From Acidimicrobiales bacterium (GTDB lineage: Bacteria > Actinomycetota > Acidimicrobiia > Acidimicrobiales > JAJPHD01): a stretch of 64,000 bases of DNA. Where the stretch lies: the NCBI GenBank assembly GCA_039583695.1, contig JAVKSL010000003.1, positions 16,313-80,312 of the forward strand, in the 5' to 3' direction. The position numbers and the translations under genes were made by a program. Each line of letters opens with the position of its first letter. Positions within the stretch are counted from its first letter, which is position 1. Below, one piece after another: positions 26,115-36,070 of the stretch. The notes under the pieces are model-generated. The model was not told where the DNA came from. It was given only the letters and a program-made list of their open reading frames with translations, and searched no databases.

Positions 26115-26474
26115 TCAGCGCCGCTGCAGGCGCTCCAACAGCGGCTGCCTGGCTCGGCCCCCCGGCGTGGTGACGCCGCCGGAGGGCCCGACCTGCGCCA
26201 CCGTCACTCCCCGCCAGAAGGCCACCCGCCCGGCGATGGTGTGGGCAGCCGGGCTCGGCTCGGGGTAGTACCAGGCAGCGTCGGGGTTCTGCTTTCCGTT
26301 GACGACCAGGCTGTAGTAGCTGGCAGTTCCTTTCCACGGGCAGTGGGAATGCGTGGTGCTCTCGCGCAGGTACTGCCGGTCGACGGCGTCAAGTGGGAAG
26401 TAGTGGTTCCCCTCTACGACCACCGTGTCGTCGCTCTCGGCAAGCACCGCGCCGTTCCAGGTGGCTCTGACCAT
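26115..26474 (-). CDS. DUF427 domain protein
   Basis: MVRATWNGAVLAESDDTVVVEGNHYFPLDAV..CPWKGTASYYSL.. is the characteristic DUF427 pattern. Confidence 0.7.
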   Translation of the reverse strand: MVRATWNGAVLAESDDTVVVEGNHYFPLDAVDRQYLRESTTHSHCPWKGTASYYSLVVNGKQNPDAAWYYPEPSPAAHTIAGRVAFWRGVTVAQVGPSGGVTTPGGRARQPLLERLQRR

Positions 26475-26648
26475 GAACACATAACCCCCTCCGCTCGGCG
26501 AGCATTCCCCCCAGGACACTATTGGCATTGCAGGGAATGTAGGTCAAGCCGAGCGGGTTGCGGGTCCCGGGCTATAGCTGTGCCCGCCGCCCAGGTTGTG
26601 CTCTGCCAGGCCCTGACCTCGGTGCTCGCAGGCCCGGGCACGCCGATC

Positions 26649-27635
26649 TCAGGGAAGGGCGAGCAGGACGGAGTGGCGGGAACGCTCGATGTCCATCACC
26701 TCGAGCGAGCTGTAGCCGGCGTCGGCCAGCCACCGCCGGTAGTCGTCCTCACCGTGGGTGTCCCCACCGTTCGCCCCCACGAGCATCTGCACGGCGAAGA
26801 GGTCGGCAACCGGGCCGCTCCCCCTGAGCAGGGTGACGATCACGAGAGCCCCCGCGGGGGCGACAATCCCTTTTAGCCGGCGGAACAGCTCGAGGTTGTG
26901 CTCTGCGTCGTATGTGTGGGTGACGCCGGCGCAGAAGACGATGTCGAAGCTTGTGCCGGGCAGGGTCTCGAAGAAGTCGCCGCCGAAGAGGTCGATGCCC
27001 GCCCGGGGGAACCGATCGTCCCCCCTCAGGGCCTCGATAACGGCCGGCCGGTCCTGTACGGTGGCGTGCAGGCCGCGGCAGGCGAACTCCAGGGCGTACT
27101 CTCCGTGCAGGCCGCCCAGATCGAGCACGGTTCGGGCCTCCGGCATCCGCGCCAGGCACGCATCCACGACCGACGCTGCGGATTGGCGGGAGGTGGCAGC
27201 GAGAGCGCCCAGGAAGACGTCGAGGCGGGGTGGGCCACCGGCTTGGCCCGAGGAGACGGGCGCCCCCTGCAGCCGGTTCCCGATGTCGGCGCTCCAACGC
27301 CGGATAGCGCGGGCGTGGTGGCGAAGGACAAATCCTTGCTCGCCTGTGGGACATCCGGCGCCCTCGACATAGCGGCCGTCGTCGCAGGCCTGCACGATGT
27401 CCCAGACCGCCAACGCCGCGAGGACCACCCGAACGGCTCCGGCGTCGAGCGATGATCGCTCAGCCACCTCGGAGGCACTCGCGGGCAGGCTGGCCAGGAG
27501 CCCGGTCTCCACGGCAGCGTCATAGATCAGCACCTTCCGCCAGTCGAGGACAAGGTCTGGCGGGGCCAGGAACGACATCTCGACCGGCGATAGCGCCACC
27601 GCAGGGGCGCCGTCGCCTCTTGCTGGCTCAACCAC
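26649..27635 (-). CDS. class I SAM-dependent (O-)methyltransferase
   Basis: N-terminal wHTH-like segment. VLDLGGLHGEYAL is motif I. ..DIVFCAGVTHTYD... 328 aa and apparently intact. Confidence 0.75.
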   Translation of the reverse strand: MVEPARGDGAPAVALSPVEMSFLAPPDLVLDWRKVLIYDAAVETGLLASLPASASEVAERSSLDAGAVRVVLAALAVWDIVQACDDGRYVEGAGCPTGEQGFVLRHHARAIRRWSADIGNRLQGAPVSSGQAGGPPRLDVFLGALAATSRQSAASVVDACLARMPEARTVLDLGGLHGEYALEFACRGLHATVQDRPAVIEALRGDDRFPRAGIDLFGGDFFETLPGTSFDIVFCAGVTHTYDAEHNLELFRRLKGIVAPAGALVIVTLLRGSGPVADLFAVQMLVGANGGDTHGEDDYRRWLADAGYSSLEVMDIERSRHSVLLALP

Positions 27636-27677
27636 GGGTTTCCCGAGCGGCGCCGCCGCTGACGAGCATGCGCTCGT

Positions 27678-27870
27678 TCATCCCCACGCCGCAGGCCGGG
27701 CCTGCTCGGCAGAGTGGGCCTTGAAGGCGGGACTGGCATATCTGCGCAGAAAAATGGACGTATTGCGCTTGGAGTTGAAGCGCTGCACCAAGAGGCTCGA
27801 GTTCCTTCCCAGACCTCCGAAATGCATGATCGGCATCCTATAGTGGCCGGTGACGTGGGCTGCATGCTCA
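27678..27870 (-). mobile_element. possible integrase-core (IS481/IS3-like) C-terminal remnant in a lower-GC ORF-free gap
   Basis: A minus frame reads ..YRMPIMHFGGLGRNSSLLVQRFNSKRNTSIFLRRYASPAFKAHSAEQAR. This weakly resembles ..RPYxPQTNGKVERFNRTLxxExxyxRxYxSxxE.. The match is weak and degenerate. Confidence 0.25.
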
Positions 27871-28091
27871 ACCCGGCGACACGGAGAGCAGTGTCATGGG
27901 CTTATATACTACCTAATTACACACACTCGCAAGGAGCAGGGGATCGGCGTCCTCCAGTCATGAGCTGGAGGCGATCGCCCGGCTGGTGTGACCAACCCGT
28001 TTGCGCGAGGTAGGCGGCGGCGAACTCGTCCTTCCCCGTCATGATCCGCCCACCTCCGAGGGCGACAGTGCTCAGCCTCGGGATCGCCTGC

Positions 28092-28832
28092 TCAAATCGT
28101 CGTGTTCGCGAGCGCGATGTACCGGGAAGTCTGGGCTCTCAGCGCGTCCAGATCCTTCGCTGCCAGCGTCTCACAAGCCCAGTCCCAGTGGATCGAGACG
28201 TCGTCGCCGGGCTGGACCTGCTCGAAGAGGCTTCGTCCGCCGGCTCGCCAGGTCACCGTCTTGGTTTGCGGCGACCCCAGGGCGAGCTTCCCGTCCGCCA
28301 GGACCAGTGGGCACCGCTCCACCACCAGCTCGTCGCCGCACACCGACGCGACGGTCGCCCAGCTGATCCGACAGGAGTCCATGGGGACGAGCGCGATCTC
28401 AGCCCGGTGATCGCGCATGAGTCCGGCGCGCACGTAGATGTCGAAGACATGGAAGTTGTGGTGGGGACGAGCACCGAGGTCTAGCTTGGAGCCCAGCCAG
28501 GCGAAGTCGCTCTGGGCCATCACTGGCTTGAAGCGCTCCGTCAACAGCTCGGAGAGCTGAGCTGGCCCCACCCGGTCGAGCAGCGAGTTCCCCAACCAGT
28601 ACGCGGCGACGACGCGGTCGTCGAACGGGTCACCAATCCCGTTGGCGTGGGCGATCAGGACGAGGTAAGGATATGCGCCCTCGAAGCGCCGGGCGAGCTC
28701 CAGCAGGCCCCGATCGGGCTCGCCGCTGGCCACGTACTCGAGCAGTGCCCCGTGATCGGGCGGCCCGCAGTAGCCCAGGCGGTTCGGCGGGAACGCGTAC
28801 CGCCCGAAACGCAACACCCCACTCAGAGTCAT
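28092..28832 (-). CDS. conserved hypothetical protein (DUF6390-like)
   Basis: MTLSGVLRFGRYAFPPNRLGYCGPPDHGALLEY... is a pattern I associate with DUF6390. Its ATG shares one base with the upstream DMT stop (TGATG). Confidence 0.55.
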   Translation of the reverse strand: MTLSGVLRFGRYAFPPNRLGYCGPPDHGALLEYVASGEPDRGLLELARRFEGAYPYLVLIAHANGIGDPFDDRVVAAYWLGNSLLDRVGPAQLSELLTERFKPVMAQSDFAWLGSKLDLGARPHHNFHVFDIYVRAGLMRDHRAEIALVPMDSCRISWATVASVCGDELVVERCPLVLADGKLALGSPQTKTVTWRAGGRSLFEQVQPGDDVSIHWDWACETLAAKDLDALRAQTSRYIALANTTI

Positions 28833-29878
28833 CAGGCACCTTCACCTTTCGGGTGGGCCGATCCTGTCGCGAGCGTAGCCGCCGCCCCCTCCTCCCGGAG
28901 CCCGACGACGAGAATCGCCACGACCGCGACGAAGGTCAAGACCAAGCCTGCCTCGTCCCCAGCGAGATGCAGGGGGCGGTTGGCGATGAGATCGACGGCG
29001 ATCGTCACGATCGGGGCGCCCGTACCGATCGCGGTCACCGCCGCTACCCGGATCAGACGGATCGCCAGGAAGGCGGTGACCGTGAAGAGGAGCAGGATGA
29101 CCCCAGTAGCGACGACGTAGGACCACTGGAGCGAGTCGAGATGGGCGATCGGCGCCAGCTCACCGCGGGTGGCCAGGTACGCGAAGAGGATCGCCGACCC
29201 GAGAGTGAGCTGGGCCGTCATCGCGACCATCGTGCTGAGGCGCCCCTGGAACAGATGCTTGGTGACGACGAATCCGACCGAGAACAGCACTGTGGAGGCG
29301 CCTATGAGAACCGTCCCCTCGTTGAATCGGACAAGCCCGAGGCTCGTGCTGAGCAGGACGCCAGCCAGAAGCACGGCTAGCCCTGCCCACATCGACCGAC
29401 CCAGCCGCTCGCCGAGGAACGCCACGGCCAGAAGCGCCACGACAACGAACTCAAGGTGACTCCCGAGCGAGCCCGTCACCGGGCTCGTCATCTTGAGGCC
29501 GGTGAAATAGAGGGCGAACGGCACGCTTCCGCCGGTCAGCGCGAGCAGGACCAGCCATCCCCAGTCACGACGGCGGAGCCCGCGGTAGAGTCTGCGCTGG
29601 CTCGAGAGGAGCGCAAACGGGATGAGAAGTAGGATTCCCGATACGCCGTTCTTGAGCGACGTGTACACCACGGCATTTTGGAAGTGGGCAACGCCCAGGC
29701 TATTCACGTAGATGGCGACACCGCTCACCAGGGCGTTGAGCACGGCGAGGCCATAGCCGAGTCGCACCGCGGAGCGCGGGTGACCCTCTGACAGTCGCTC
29801 CAGGAGCGGCCTCCGGCGGGGGCCCTCATCAGGCCACCGCTGTCGCCGGGGTATCGGAGAGCTTGGCTGCGCAGGCAA
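28832..29878 (-). CDS. EamA/DMT-family transporter
   Basis: About ten TM segments in two EamA-like halves. The start is uncertain (ORF start 29878). Confidence 0.8.
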   Translation of the reverse strand: MPAQPSSPIPRRQRWPDEGPRRRPLLERLSEGHPRSAVRLGYGLAVLNALVSGVAIYVNSLGVAHFQNAVVYTSLKNGVSGILLLIPFALLSSQRRLYRGLRRRDWGWLVLLALTGGSVPFALYFTGLKMTSPVTGSLGSHLEFVVVALLAVAFLGERLGRSMWAGLAVLLAGVLLSTSLGLVRFNEGTVLIGASTVLFSVGFVVTKHLFQGRLSTMVAMTAQLTLGSAILFAYLATRGELAPIAHLDSLQWSYVVATGVILLLFTVTAFLAIRLIRVAAVTAIGTGAPIVTIAVDLIANRPLHLAGDEAGLVLTFVAVVAILVVGLREEGAAATLATGSAHPKGEGA

Positions 29879-30064
29879 CTATCCCTCGCTCATGATACGG
29901 ACACGCATCACGGAACTCACCTCCTCACAGGCACCTACAGCCTACGGTGGACCGCCAAAAATCCCCTCGGGAATGATGGCGGCCCCAAGGACGCGTTCGT
30001 CTGGTCGGCGGCAACGCTGAGATCGTGGCGAGCGCGTGCGGCTGAGCTTCTTATGTGATGCCAT

Positions 30065-30089
30065 CTTGCCCTTGACGTAAGAGGGCAAG
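30065..30089 (-). terminator. perfect 8-bp hairpin 7 nt downstream of the ATPase stop
   Basis: cttgccct-tgacgtaag-agggcaag. It is not followed by a U-run, so intrinsic-terminator status is uncertain. Confidence 0.3.
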
Positions 30090-30095
30090 CCAAGC

Positions 30096-32606
30096 TCAAA
30101 GCCCGGCGACCACCGCCGCGCCGAGGGCGACGACCCAGGCCACGCCTATGCCGAAGCACAGGCCGACCGCCACGAGCACCGCGCCTGCCCGAGCATTGAG
30201 CGCCCAGCACCGCAGCTCTGCCGGGGTGAGCTTTCCGAGGGCCGAGAGTCCCGAGCGGGCGAGGAACCCGCCTATGTCTTTGGCGAGGCCGCCGGTAAGG
30301 CGCGCAGCAAAGGAGTTGGCGAGCACGATCGACACCGAGGAGATCATGGCGATCATCGCCCAGGCAGGCTGGACCAGCCCGGTGATCGCGAGCGGAACCC
30401 CGATCCCGTTGAAGGCGAACGCTATGGCGAGATTCTGCCGGGTCTTCTTGAAGCTGGCGGCACCGATGTCCCGGGCATCGGCCACGGCAGTGAGACGGTT
30501 GCCGACCAGCACGACATCGGCGGACTCGATGGCGATGTCGGTGCCCGCTCCCATGGCGATGCCGATGTCGGCCTGGGTGAGTGCCGGCGCGTCGTTGATG
30601 CCCTCGCCCACCATGATCACCCGGTGCCCCTGGCCCTGCAGCTCACGGATCACCTGGGCCTTGCGGTCGGGGAGCATGCCGGCATGGACCGCTTCGATGC
30701 CAACCTCGGCGGCCACGGCTCGGGCGGTAGCGCCGTTGTCGCCAGTCACCATGATCGGGGTGATCCCAGCGGCGCGAAGCCGGGCGACGGCGTCTCTCGC
30801 GTCTGGCTTGACGGCATCCGCGATGCCGATGAGGCCGGCGAGGGTCCCATCTCGGGCGACGACGACCACGGTCTGGGCGGCTTCCTGCATGGTTTGGATG
30901 CGCTCGGCCAGGGGCGCCAGGTCGGCGCCGTGGGTGGCGACCCAGCCCGGCTTGCCGACCGCCACGGTGACACCGGCGAGGCTGGCGATGACGCCCTGGC
31001 CGGTGCTGGAGGAGAACCCGCCGGCCTCGGGGATGGTGAGGTTACGTTCCTTGGCGGCGGTGACCACGGCCCGGGCGAGGGGATGCTCGGAGGAGATCTC
31101 GACGGCCGCCGCCATGGCGAGAAGCTCGTCCGGGCCGCCCCCCCCGGCGGCCACGACCTCCACGACGCTCGGCTTGCCGGCGGTGAGCGTGCCGGTTTTG
31201 TCGATCACCGCGGTGTCGATGTCCCCGAAGACCTGGAACGCCTCGCCAGAGCGCATCAAGATGCCCCGCTCGGCGGCCATGCCCCCGCCGCGCATCATGG
31301 CAAGTGGGGTGGACATGCCCAGGGCGCACGGATAGCCCATCACGAGGGCGGCCAAGGTGGCGAAGATACCACGGGAGAGGTCCATCTGGCCGGTCGCCGC
31401 CCAGGCCCCCAGCGTCCAGACGACAAGCGACAGCCCGGCGGCGCCGAGCACGAGCGGTACGAAGACCTTGAGGACCCGGTCGACAACTTGGATGATGCCG
31501 GGTTTCAGCGCCCGGGCCTCTTCGATGTGGCGGGCGACCTGGGCCAAGAAGGTGTTGTCTCCGATGTTGGTCACCTTGACCACGAGCGCCCCGGTGGTGT
31601 TGACCGAACCGCCGATGACCTCGTCACCGGCAGCCTTGTCGGCAGGAATCGGCTCGCCGGTCACCATCGACTCGTCAATCGCCGAGGTCCCCGAGATGAC
31701 CTTCCCGTCGAGGGGGACCCGCTCGCCCGGACGCACCCTGATCTGCTCGCCGAGGGCCACCTCGTCGATGGGCACCTCGATCTCTGTTCCGTGGCGCAGC
31801 ACCCGGGCGGTTTCGGGCTGCAAGTCGAGCAGGCGACGCACCGACGCTGAGGAGGAGGAGCGCACCAGCGAGGACACATAGCCAGAGAGCAGGTGGTAGG
31901 TGGTGATGAACACCGCCACTGAACCGAAGTCCCCGGCTGGGAACACCTTGGGTGCGACGAACAGTCCGAGCAGCCCTCCGATCAGCCCGCCGAAGGCGCC
32001 GACTTCGAGCAGCACGTGCTGGTTGAAGATGCGCCGTCGGGCACTGGCGATGGCCATGGTGAGGATCGGTCGTCCAACCACGAAGATCATCGAGACGGCC
32101 ATGCCGAGGATCAGCCACGGGCCGTAAGCGAAGAGGCGGCCGGCCCAGGTGACCGACAGGGGATGTCCGGTCACCCACACGTAGCTCATCAACCCGAGCG
32201 TCACAACGGTGAGGACAAGGCCGACCTGGAAGCGGTCCCGCTCGGCGTCCAGCTCAGCCTGTTCCTCCTCGAACAGGCCGACCTTTCGAGGGTCGCGCAC
32301 GGAGTAGCCGACCGCTCGAAGGGTGTCCACGATGCGCTGGGGGCCTACCTCGCCAGGACGGTAGGTGACCAGGCCCTCCTCATGCGCCAGCGACACCGAG
32401 ACCGCGTCGACCCCCTCCAGGTGCCCGACGGCCTTCTCGATCGTGGACACGCAGAAGCTGCAGTGCAGGTTGCCCAGCTTGACCTGTAGCCGAGCGCTGC
32501 CGTCCTCACCGGTGCGCACCCGGTCGGCCAGCCAGCCCTCCTCGGTATTGATCGCCTCTCTGGGGCCTCCGGGGGACTTGCTGTTCTGCTCGAGTGCGGT
32601 TGCCAT
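30096..32606 (-). CDS. heavy-metal-translocating P1B-type ATPase with atypical transmembrane metal motif (YPC)
   Basis: N-terminal HMA domain (GNLHCSFCVSTIEKAV). DKTGTLT. GDGINDAP-type (VGEGINDAP). The TM motif reads GYPCALGMSTP where CopA/ZntA types have CPC. The TM7/8 motifs also deviate (AFNGIGVP, AMISSVS). Confidence 0.9.
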   Translation of the reverse strand: MATALEQNSKSPGGPREAINTEEGWLADRVRTGEDGSARLQVKLGNLHCSFCVSTIEKAVGHLEGVDAVSVSLAHEEGLVTYRPGEVGPQRIVDTLRAVGYSVRDPRKVGLFEEEQAELDAERDRFQVGLVLTVVTLGLMSYVWVTGHPLSVTWAGRLFAYGPWLILGMAVSMIFVVGRPILTMAIASARRRIFNQHVLLEVGAFGGLIGGLLGLFVAPKVFPAGDFGSVAVFITTYHLLSGYVSSLVRSSSSASVRRLLDLQPETARVLRHGTEIEVPIDEVALGEQIRVRPGERVPLDGKVISGTSAIDESMVTGEPIPADKAAGDEVIGGSVNTTGALVVKVTNIGDNTFLAQVARHIEEARALKPGIIQVVDRVLKVFVPLVLGAAGLSLVVWTLGAWAATGQMDLSRGIFATLAALVMGYPCALGMSTPLAMMRGGGMAAERGILMRSGEAFQVFGDIDTAVIDKTGTLTAGKPSVVEVVAAGGGGPDELLAMAAAVEISSEHPLARAVVTAAKERNLTIPEAGGFSSSTGQGVIASLAGVTVAVGKPGWVATHGADLAPLAERIQTMQEAAQTVVVVARDGTLAGLIGIADAVKPDARDAVARLRAAGITPIMVTGDNGATARAVAAEVGIEAVHAGMLPDRKAQVIRELQGQGHRVIMVGEGINDAPALTQADIGIAMGAGTDIAIESADVVLVGNRLTAVADARDIGAASFKKTRQNLAIAFAFNGIGVPLAITGLVQPAWAMIAMISSVSIVLANSFAARLTGGLAKDIGGFLARSGLSALGKLTPAELRCWALNARAGAVLVAVGLCFGIGVAWVVALGAAVVAGL

Positions 32607-32922
32607 GGTTGACCTCCTGTCTTCCTCCTAGAGTATCTAGTCAACTATAATGTTAGCGAAAAAATTTCCGGTGCTGCCCCGAGTCGAACTGTCCAAGAAC
32701 CGTACGTGTCAATGGAGTTTAGAGCTGGTGCTGGTGCTAGATCGCCGACAGCTCCCGATATCGGGCCTTCGACGACAATGCGTATGGCAGGATCTCAGAC
32801 TTCCAGTAACTGGAAGCTACTGGGCGATGGTGAGGCTGGAGTAGACCCACCAAGCCGAGAGGGCACGGGTATCTGCGAGCGCCTGGGCCTATTTTTTAGA
32901 TAAGCCAGCTCCAGTGATCAGC

Positions 32923-34359
32923 TCACGGCCTGAGCGCTGCCTCGCGCTCCAGCCAACGCCCGTAGGAATCGCGGAGCAGGCCGACCGTTGGCGCCTCAGG
33001 TCGCACCACGGTCACCGCGGGGCCGGGCACTGGTAGCTCGTGGACGATCCCAGCTGCCATCCCACCAATCAGGGCTGCACCTCGACAAGACGCATTGGCC
33101 GACCCGGTGATCCTGAGCGGGCGGTCCAGGGTGTCCGCCAAGAGCTGTCGCCATATCGGACTGAGACTGCCACCTCCAGCCAGGAGCATCTGTGAGGCGC
33201 GCTCGAACTCGGGCAAGGTCGTCGCGGCTGCTCGGATGGAGAAGGCGATCCCTTCGAACACGGACCGGATGAGGTCGTCGCGGACATGGCCCAGGCGCAG
33301 GCCGACAAAGGCAGCGGATGCCCGAGCGCTCATCGACGGGGAGCCGGCCCCTGCGAGGTGCGGGATGAAGCTCACCCCGTTGGCTCCAGGTGCCGAGCCC
33401 GCGAGCGTGCCGTAGGCGATGGGCCAGTCGCAACCGAGGGTCGACCACGCCCACTCAAAGGCCAGTCCGGCCGCCTGCACCGCGGCCAGGGCGTAGTACT
33501 GGCCGGACAGAGCAGAGGCAAACACATGGTAGCGCCGATCCTCGTCCGGGCTCGGTTCTTGGCGCAAAGCGACCACCTGCGCCCCCGTTCCGATTGTCAG
33601 TTGCGGAGGGTCGCTGGCGGTCGTGCCAGTGCCCACGAGGGCGGCCGCTGTGTCCGCTGCGCCAAAGCTCACGGGCAGGCCCGCGTCGAGCCCGAGCCCC
33701 TCAGCTGCTGCAGGACTCAGGCATCCCGCCAGGGACCCCGCTTCGCCGAGCGGAGCGAGGAGCTCGCGGCGCAGACCGAGCTCGCTTATCACACCGTCTG
33801 CCCACCGCCGCCGGGCGAGGTCGTAGAGCAAGGTGGCGGAGGCATCGCTGGGCTCGCTCGCGGCCTCACCGACGAGTCGGAGGCGCAACCAGTCCTTGGC
33901 TTGCAGGGCCCAAGACGCCTGAGCGTAGCGCTCAGCCTCGTGCTCGGCCAGCCAACAAAGGACTGGGCCGGTCATGCCAGCCCGAAGCGGGTTGCCCAGG
34001 AGGGCCGAAGCGGTCTCGGAAAGCGAGCGGTAGCGGGTGAGCTCTGGCTCGGCACGCTGGTCTGCCCACAAGATCGCCGGGCGGAGCGCAGATCCGTCCG
34101 CACGGACGAGAACCGCACCGTGCATCTGGCCGGATATGCCTACAGAGCAGACACCGACCCCCGCTGCCGTCACCGCGGCGCCAACTGCCTCGCAGGTGGA
34201 GCGCCACCAATCCTCGGGGTCCGTCTCCACCCAGCCCTGGCGGGGACGCTGCAGGGGGTGGGGGGAGCGGGCGACGCCAAGCTCATGGCCCCGTGGGTCA
34301 AGGACCACCGCCTTGGTGGAGCTTGTGCCGACGTCGATCCCGAGCAGACCCGGCGTCAT
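32923..34359 (-). CDS. FGGY-family carbohydrate kinase (xylulokinase-like)
   Basis: ATG 34359 in an ATGA overlap. MTPGLLGIDVGTSSTKAVVLD...GISGQMHG...GGGSLSPIWRQLLADTL. The upstream 176 codons of ORF 32923..34890 are out-of-gene. Confidence 0.85.
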   Translation of the reverse strand: MTPGLLGIDVGTSSTKAVVLDPRGHELGVARSPHPLQRPRQGWVETDPEDWWRSTCEAVGAAVTAAGVGVCSVGISGQMHGAVLVRADGSALRPAILWADQRAEPELTRYRSLSETASALLGNPLRAGMTGPVLCWLAEHEAERYAQASWALQAKDWLRLRLVGEAASEPSDASATLLYDLARRRWADGVISELGLRRELLAPLGEAGSLAGCLSPAAAEGLGLDAGLPVSFGAADTAAALVGTGTTASDPPQLTIGTGAQVVALRQEPSPDEDRRYHVFASALSGQYYALAAVQAAGLAFEWAWSTLGCDWPIAYGTLAGSAPGANGVSFIPHLAGAGSPSMSARASAAFVGLRLGHVRDDLIRSVFEGIAFSIRAAATTLPEFERASQMLLAGGGSLSPIWRQLLADTLDRPLRITGSANASCRGAALIGGMAAGIVHELPVPGPAVTVVRPEAPTVGLLRDSYGRWLEREAALRP

Positions 34360-35276
34360 GCGGTGACGGGCGTTGCCTCTGGTGGCTGCGAGCCTCCCTC
34401 CCTCGCCGCCGCCAGGACGGCTTCGATGTAGGCCCGGGCCCGCATTGCCACATCCATGGGATCGTCCCAGTTGTGACGCCACACAGCCAACGTCCCCGCT
34501 AATGCCTCGAGCGTGGCGGGTGCGGAGAAGCTCTCGAAGGTGATCGTTCCGTCGTAACCCACCTCGACGAGGGCCCTGAAGAACGACCCGAAGTCGACCT
34601 GGCCGGCACCGAGATAGCCCCGATGACTCTCGCCGACGTGCACGTAGCCCAGCCGGTCTGCGCAGGCGAAGACCGGTCCCGCGAAGTCGCCCTCCTCGAT
34701 GTTCATGTGGTAAGTGTCCAGGTGGATGACGACGTTCTCCCGCCCGACATCTTCGATCATGCGCCTCGCGGCTGCGGCCGTGTTGACGAGGTTGCTCTCG
34801 TAGCGGTTGACCACCTCGAGGCCGAGCGTCACGCCCAGGGGCATGGCCCGGTCGGCGAGGCGACCGAGCGCCCCAACAGCGTTCGACCACCCGATCTGGC
34901 TTGGCGGGCTCTGGTACTTTCCCAGAGCCGAATAGAGCACGCCGGTGAGCAGCGTGGCTCCGAGGTCGCTCGTAGCCTCGAGTGACCTGCCGAGGAGGGA
35001 CTCACCTTTGGCTACCACGCTGATGTCCGCACTCGAGATGTCTGCGTCGAAGGGTAGGCCCAGCGAGCAACGGACTCCGAGAGCCGCTCTGTCGAGGGCC
35101 GCCCGAACCGACCTCACATCGATGGCCTCGGGGTCCAGCATGGGTAGCTCCACCACGTCGAAGCCGGACTCCGCGCTCAGGCCCACCGCGAGCTTGGCGT
35201 TGGCGGTGTCCCACTCGCGCACCCAGATCAGCGCGTGGACGCCCAGGGGGTTGCGACCACGACGGGTGCTCGTCAT
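34356..35276 (-). CDS. ketose 3-epimerase (D-tagatose/D-psicose 3-epimerase family, TIM barrel)
   Basis: ..LEVVNRYESNLVNT..HLDTYHMNIEE..VHVGESHRGYLG.. are metal-ligand motifs typical of DTE/DPE-family sugar epimerases. Confidence 0.8.
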   Translation of the reverse strand: MTSTRRGRNPLGVHALIWVREWDTANAKLAVGLSAESGFDVVELPMLDPEAIDVRSVRAALDRAALGVRCSLGLPFDADISSADISVVAKGESLLGRSLEATSDLGATLLTGVLYSALGKYQSPPSQIGWSNAVGALGRLADRAMPLGVTLGLEVVNRYESNLVNTAAAARRMIEDVGRENVVIHLDTYHMNIEEGDFAGPVFACADRLGYVHVGESHRGYLGAGQVDFGSFFRALVEVGYDGTITFESFSAPATLEALAGTLAVWRHNWDDPMDVAMRARAYIEAVLAAAREGGSQPPEATPVTA

Positions 35277-36067
35277 GCTGGTCGATCCTTCACGCCGGTG
35301 ATGAGGGCTACCAGCTGTTCACCGTCGAGCCCCCCGGTCGGCCCTCCGCCGGCCAAGCGGCCCCCCCGGAGCACCCACACCCGGTCCGTAAGACGCAGCA
35401 CCTGTTGCATGTCGTGGCTGATCAAGATTATGGGGACACCTTGATCACGCAGCCGGCAGATTACGTTCTCCACCCGGACTGTCTCTTGGACGCCGAGCGA
35501 GGCAGTGGGCTCGTCCATGATCACCAGGTGCGAGCCGAAGGTGGCCGCCCGGGCGATGGCGATCGCTTGGCGCTGCCCGCCGGAGAGCCGTCGCACGCGC
35601 GCGCTCGGGGATGGAACGTTCACTGAGAGCAGCGAGAGCAACTCCGCCACACGCCGTGCCATGCCCCTACGATCCAGCCAGCGCAGCGGTCCGAGCGAGC
35701 AGGTGTCCTCTCGGCCGAGGAAGAAGTTCTGCACCACGCTGAGGTCGTCGACCAGAGACAGATCCTGGTAGACGGTTTCCACTCCGGCCTTGCGAGCGAC
35801 CTCCGGGCTCGAGAGATCAACGTCGTGGCCCGCGAGGCGGATCGTGCCCCGCTCGGGACGGTGGATGCCGGTCACACACTTGATAAGAGTCGACTTGCCG
35901 GCCCCGTTGTCTCCGACGATCGCAGTTACCTCGCCGCGCGCTGCCCACAAGCTGACCCCGTCAAGCGCAACGATGCCACCGAAGCTCTTGGTGAGGTCGT
36001 CTACCTCCAGTGCCAACGCGGGGGTAGCCGGCTTGGTGATCTCTTGGCCCAGGCCTACGTCCATCAC
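35273..36067 (-). CDS. sugar ABC transporter ATP-binding protein, single-NBD short form
   Basis: Walker A GDNGAGKST, LSGGQRQ, Walker B LVIMDEPT. 264 aa. ATGA overlap with the epimerase gene. Confidence 0.9.
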   Translation of the reverse strand: MMDVGLGQEITKPATPALALEVDDLTKSFGGIVALDGVSLWAARGEVTAIVGDNGAGKSTLIKCVTGIHRPERGTIRLAGHDVDLSSPEVARKAGVETVYQDLSLVDDLSVVQNFFLGREDTCSLGPLRWLDRRGMARRVAELLSLLSVNVPSPSARVRRLSGGQRQAIAIARAATFGSHLVIMDEPTASLGVQETVRVENVICRLRDQGVPIILISHDMQQVLRLTDRVWVLRGGRLAGGGPTGGLDGEQLVALITGVKDRPA

Positions 36068-36070
36068 TGG

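Noticed and set aside
32880-32906. GC-rich segment followed by TTTTTT as an intrinsic terminator
   Set aside because: I could not draw a convincing stem immediately upstream of the T-run. No plus-strand gene ends there, and on the minus strand the run is an A-tract downstream of the kinase stop.
34360-34890. N-terminal 176-codon extension of the FGGY kinase ORF
   Set aside because: The extension overlaps the epimerase gene in another frame and is Arg/Gly-rich. ATG 34359 gives the canonical MTPGLLGIDVGTSS N-terminus and an ATGA overlap.
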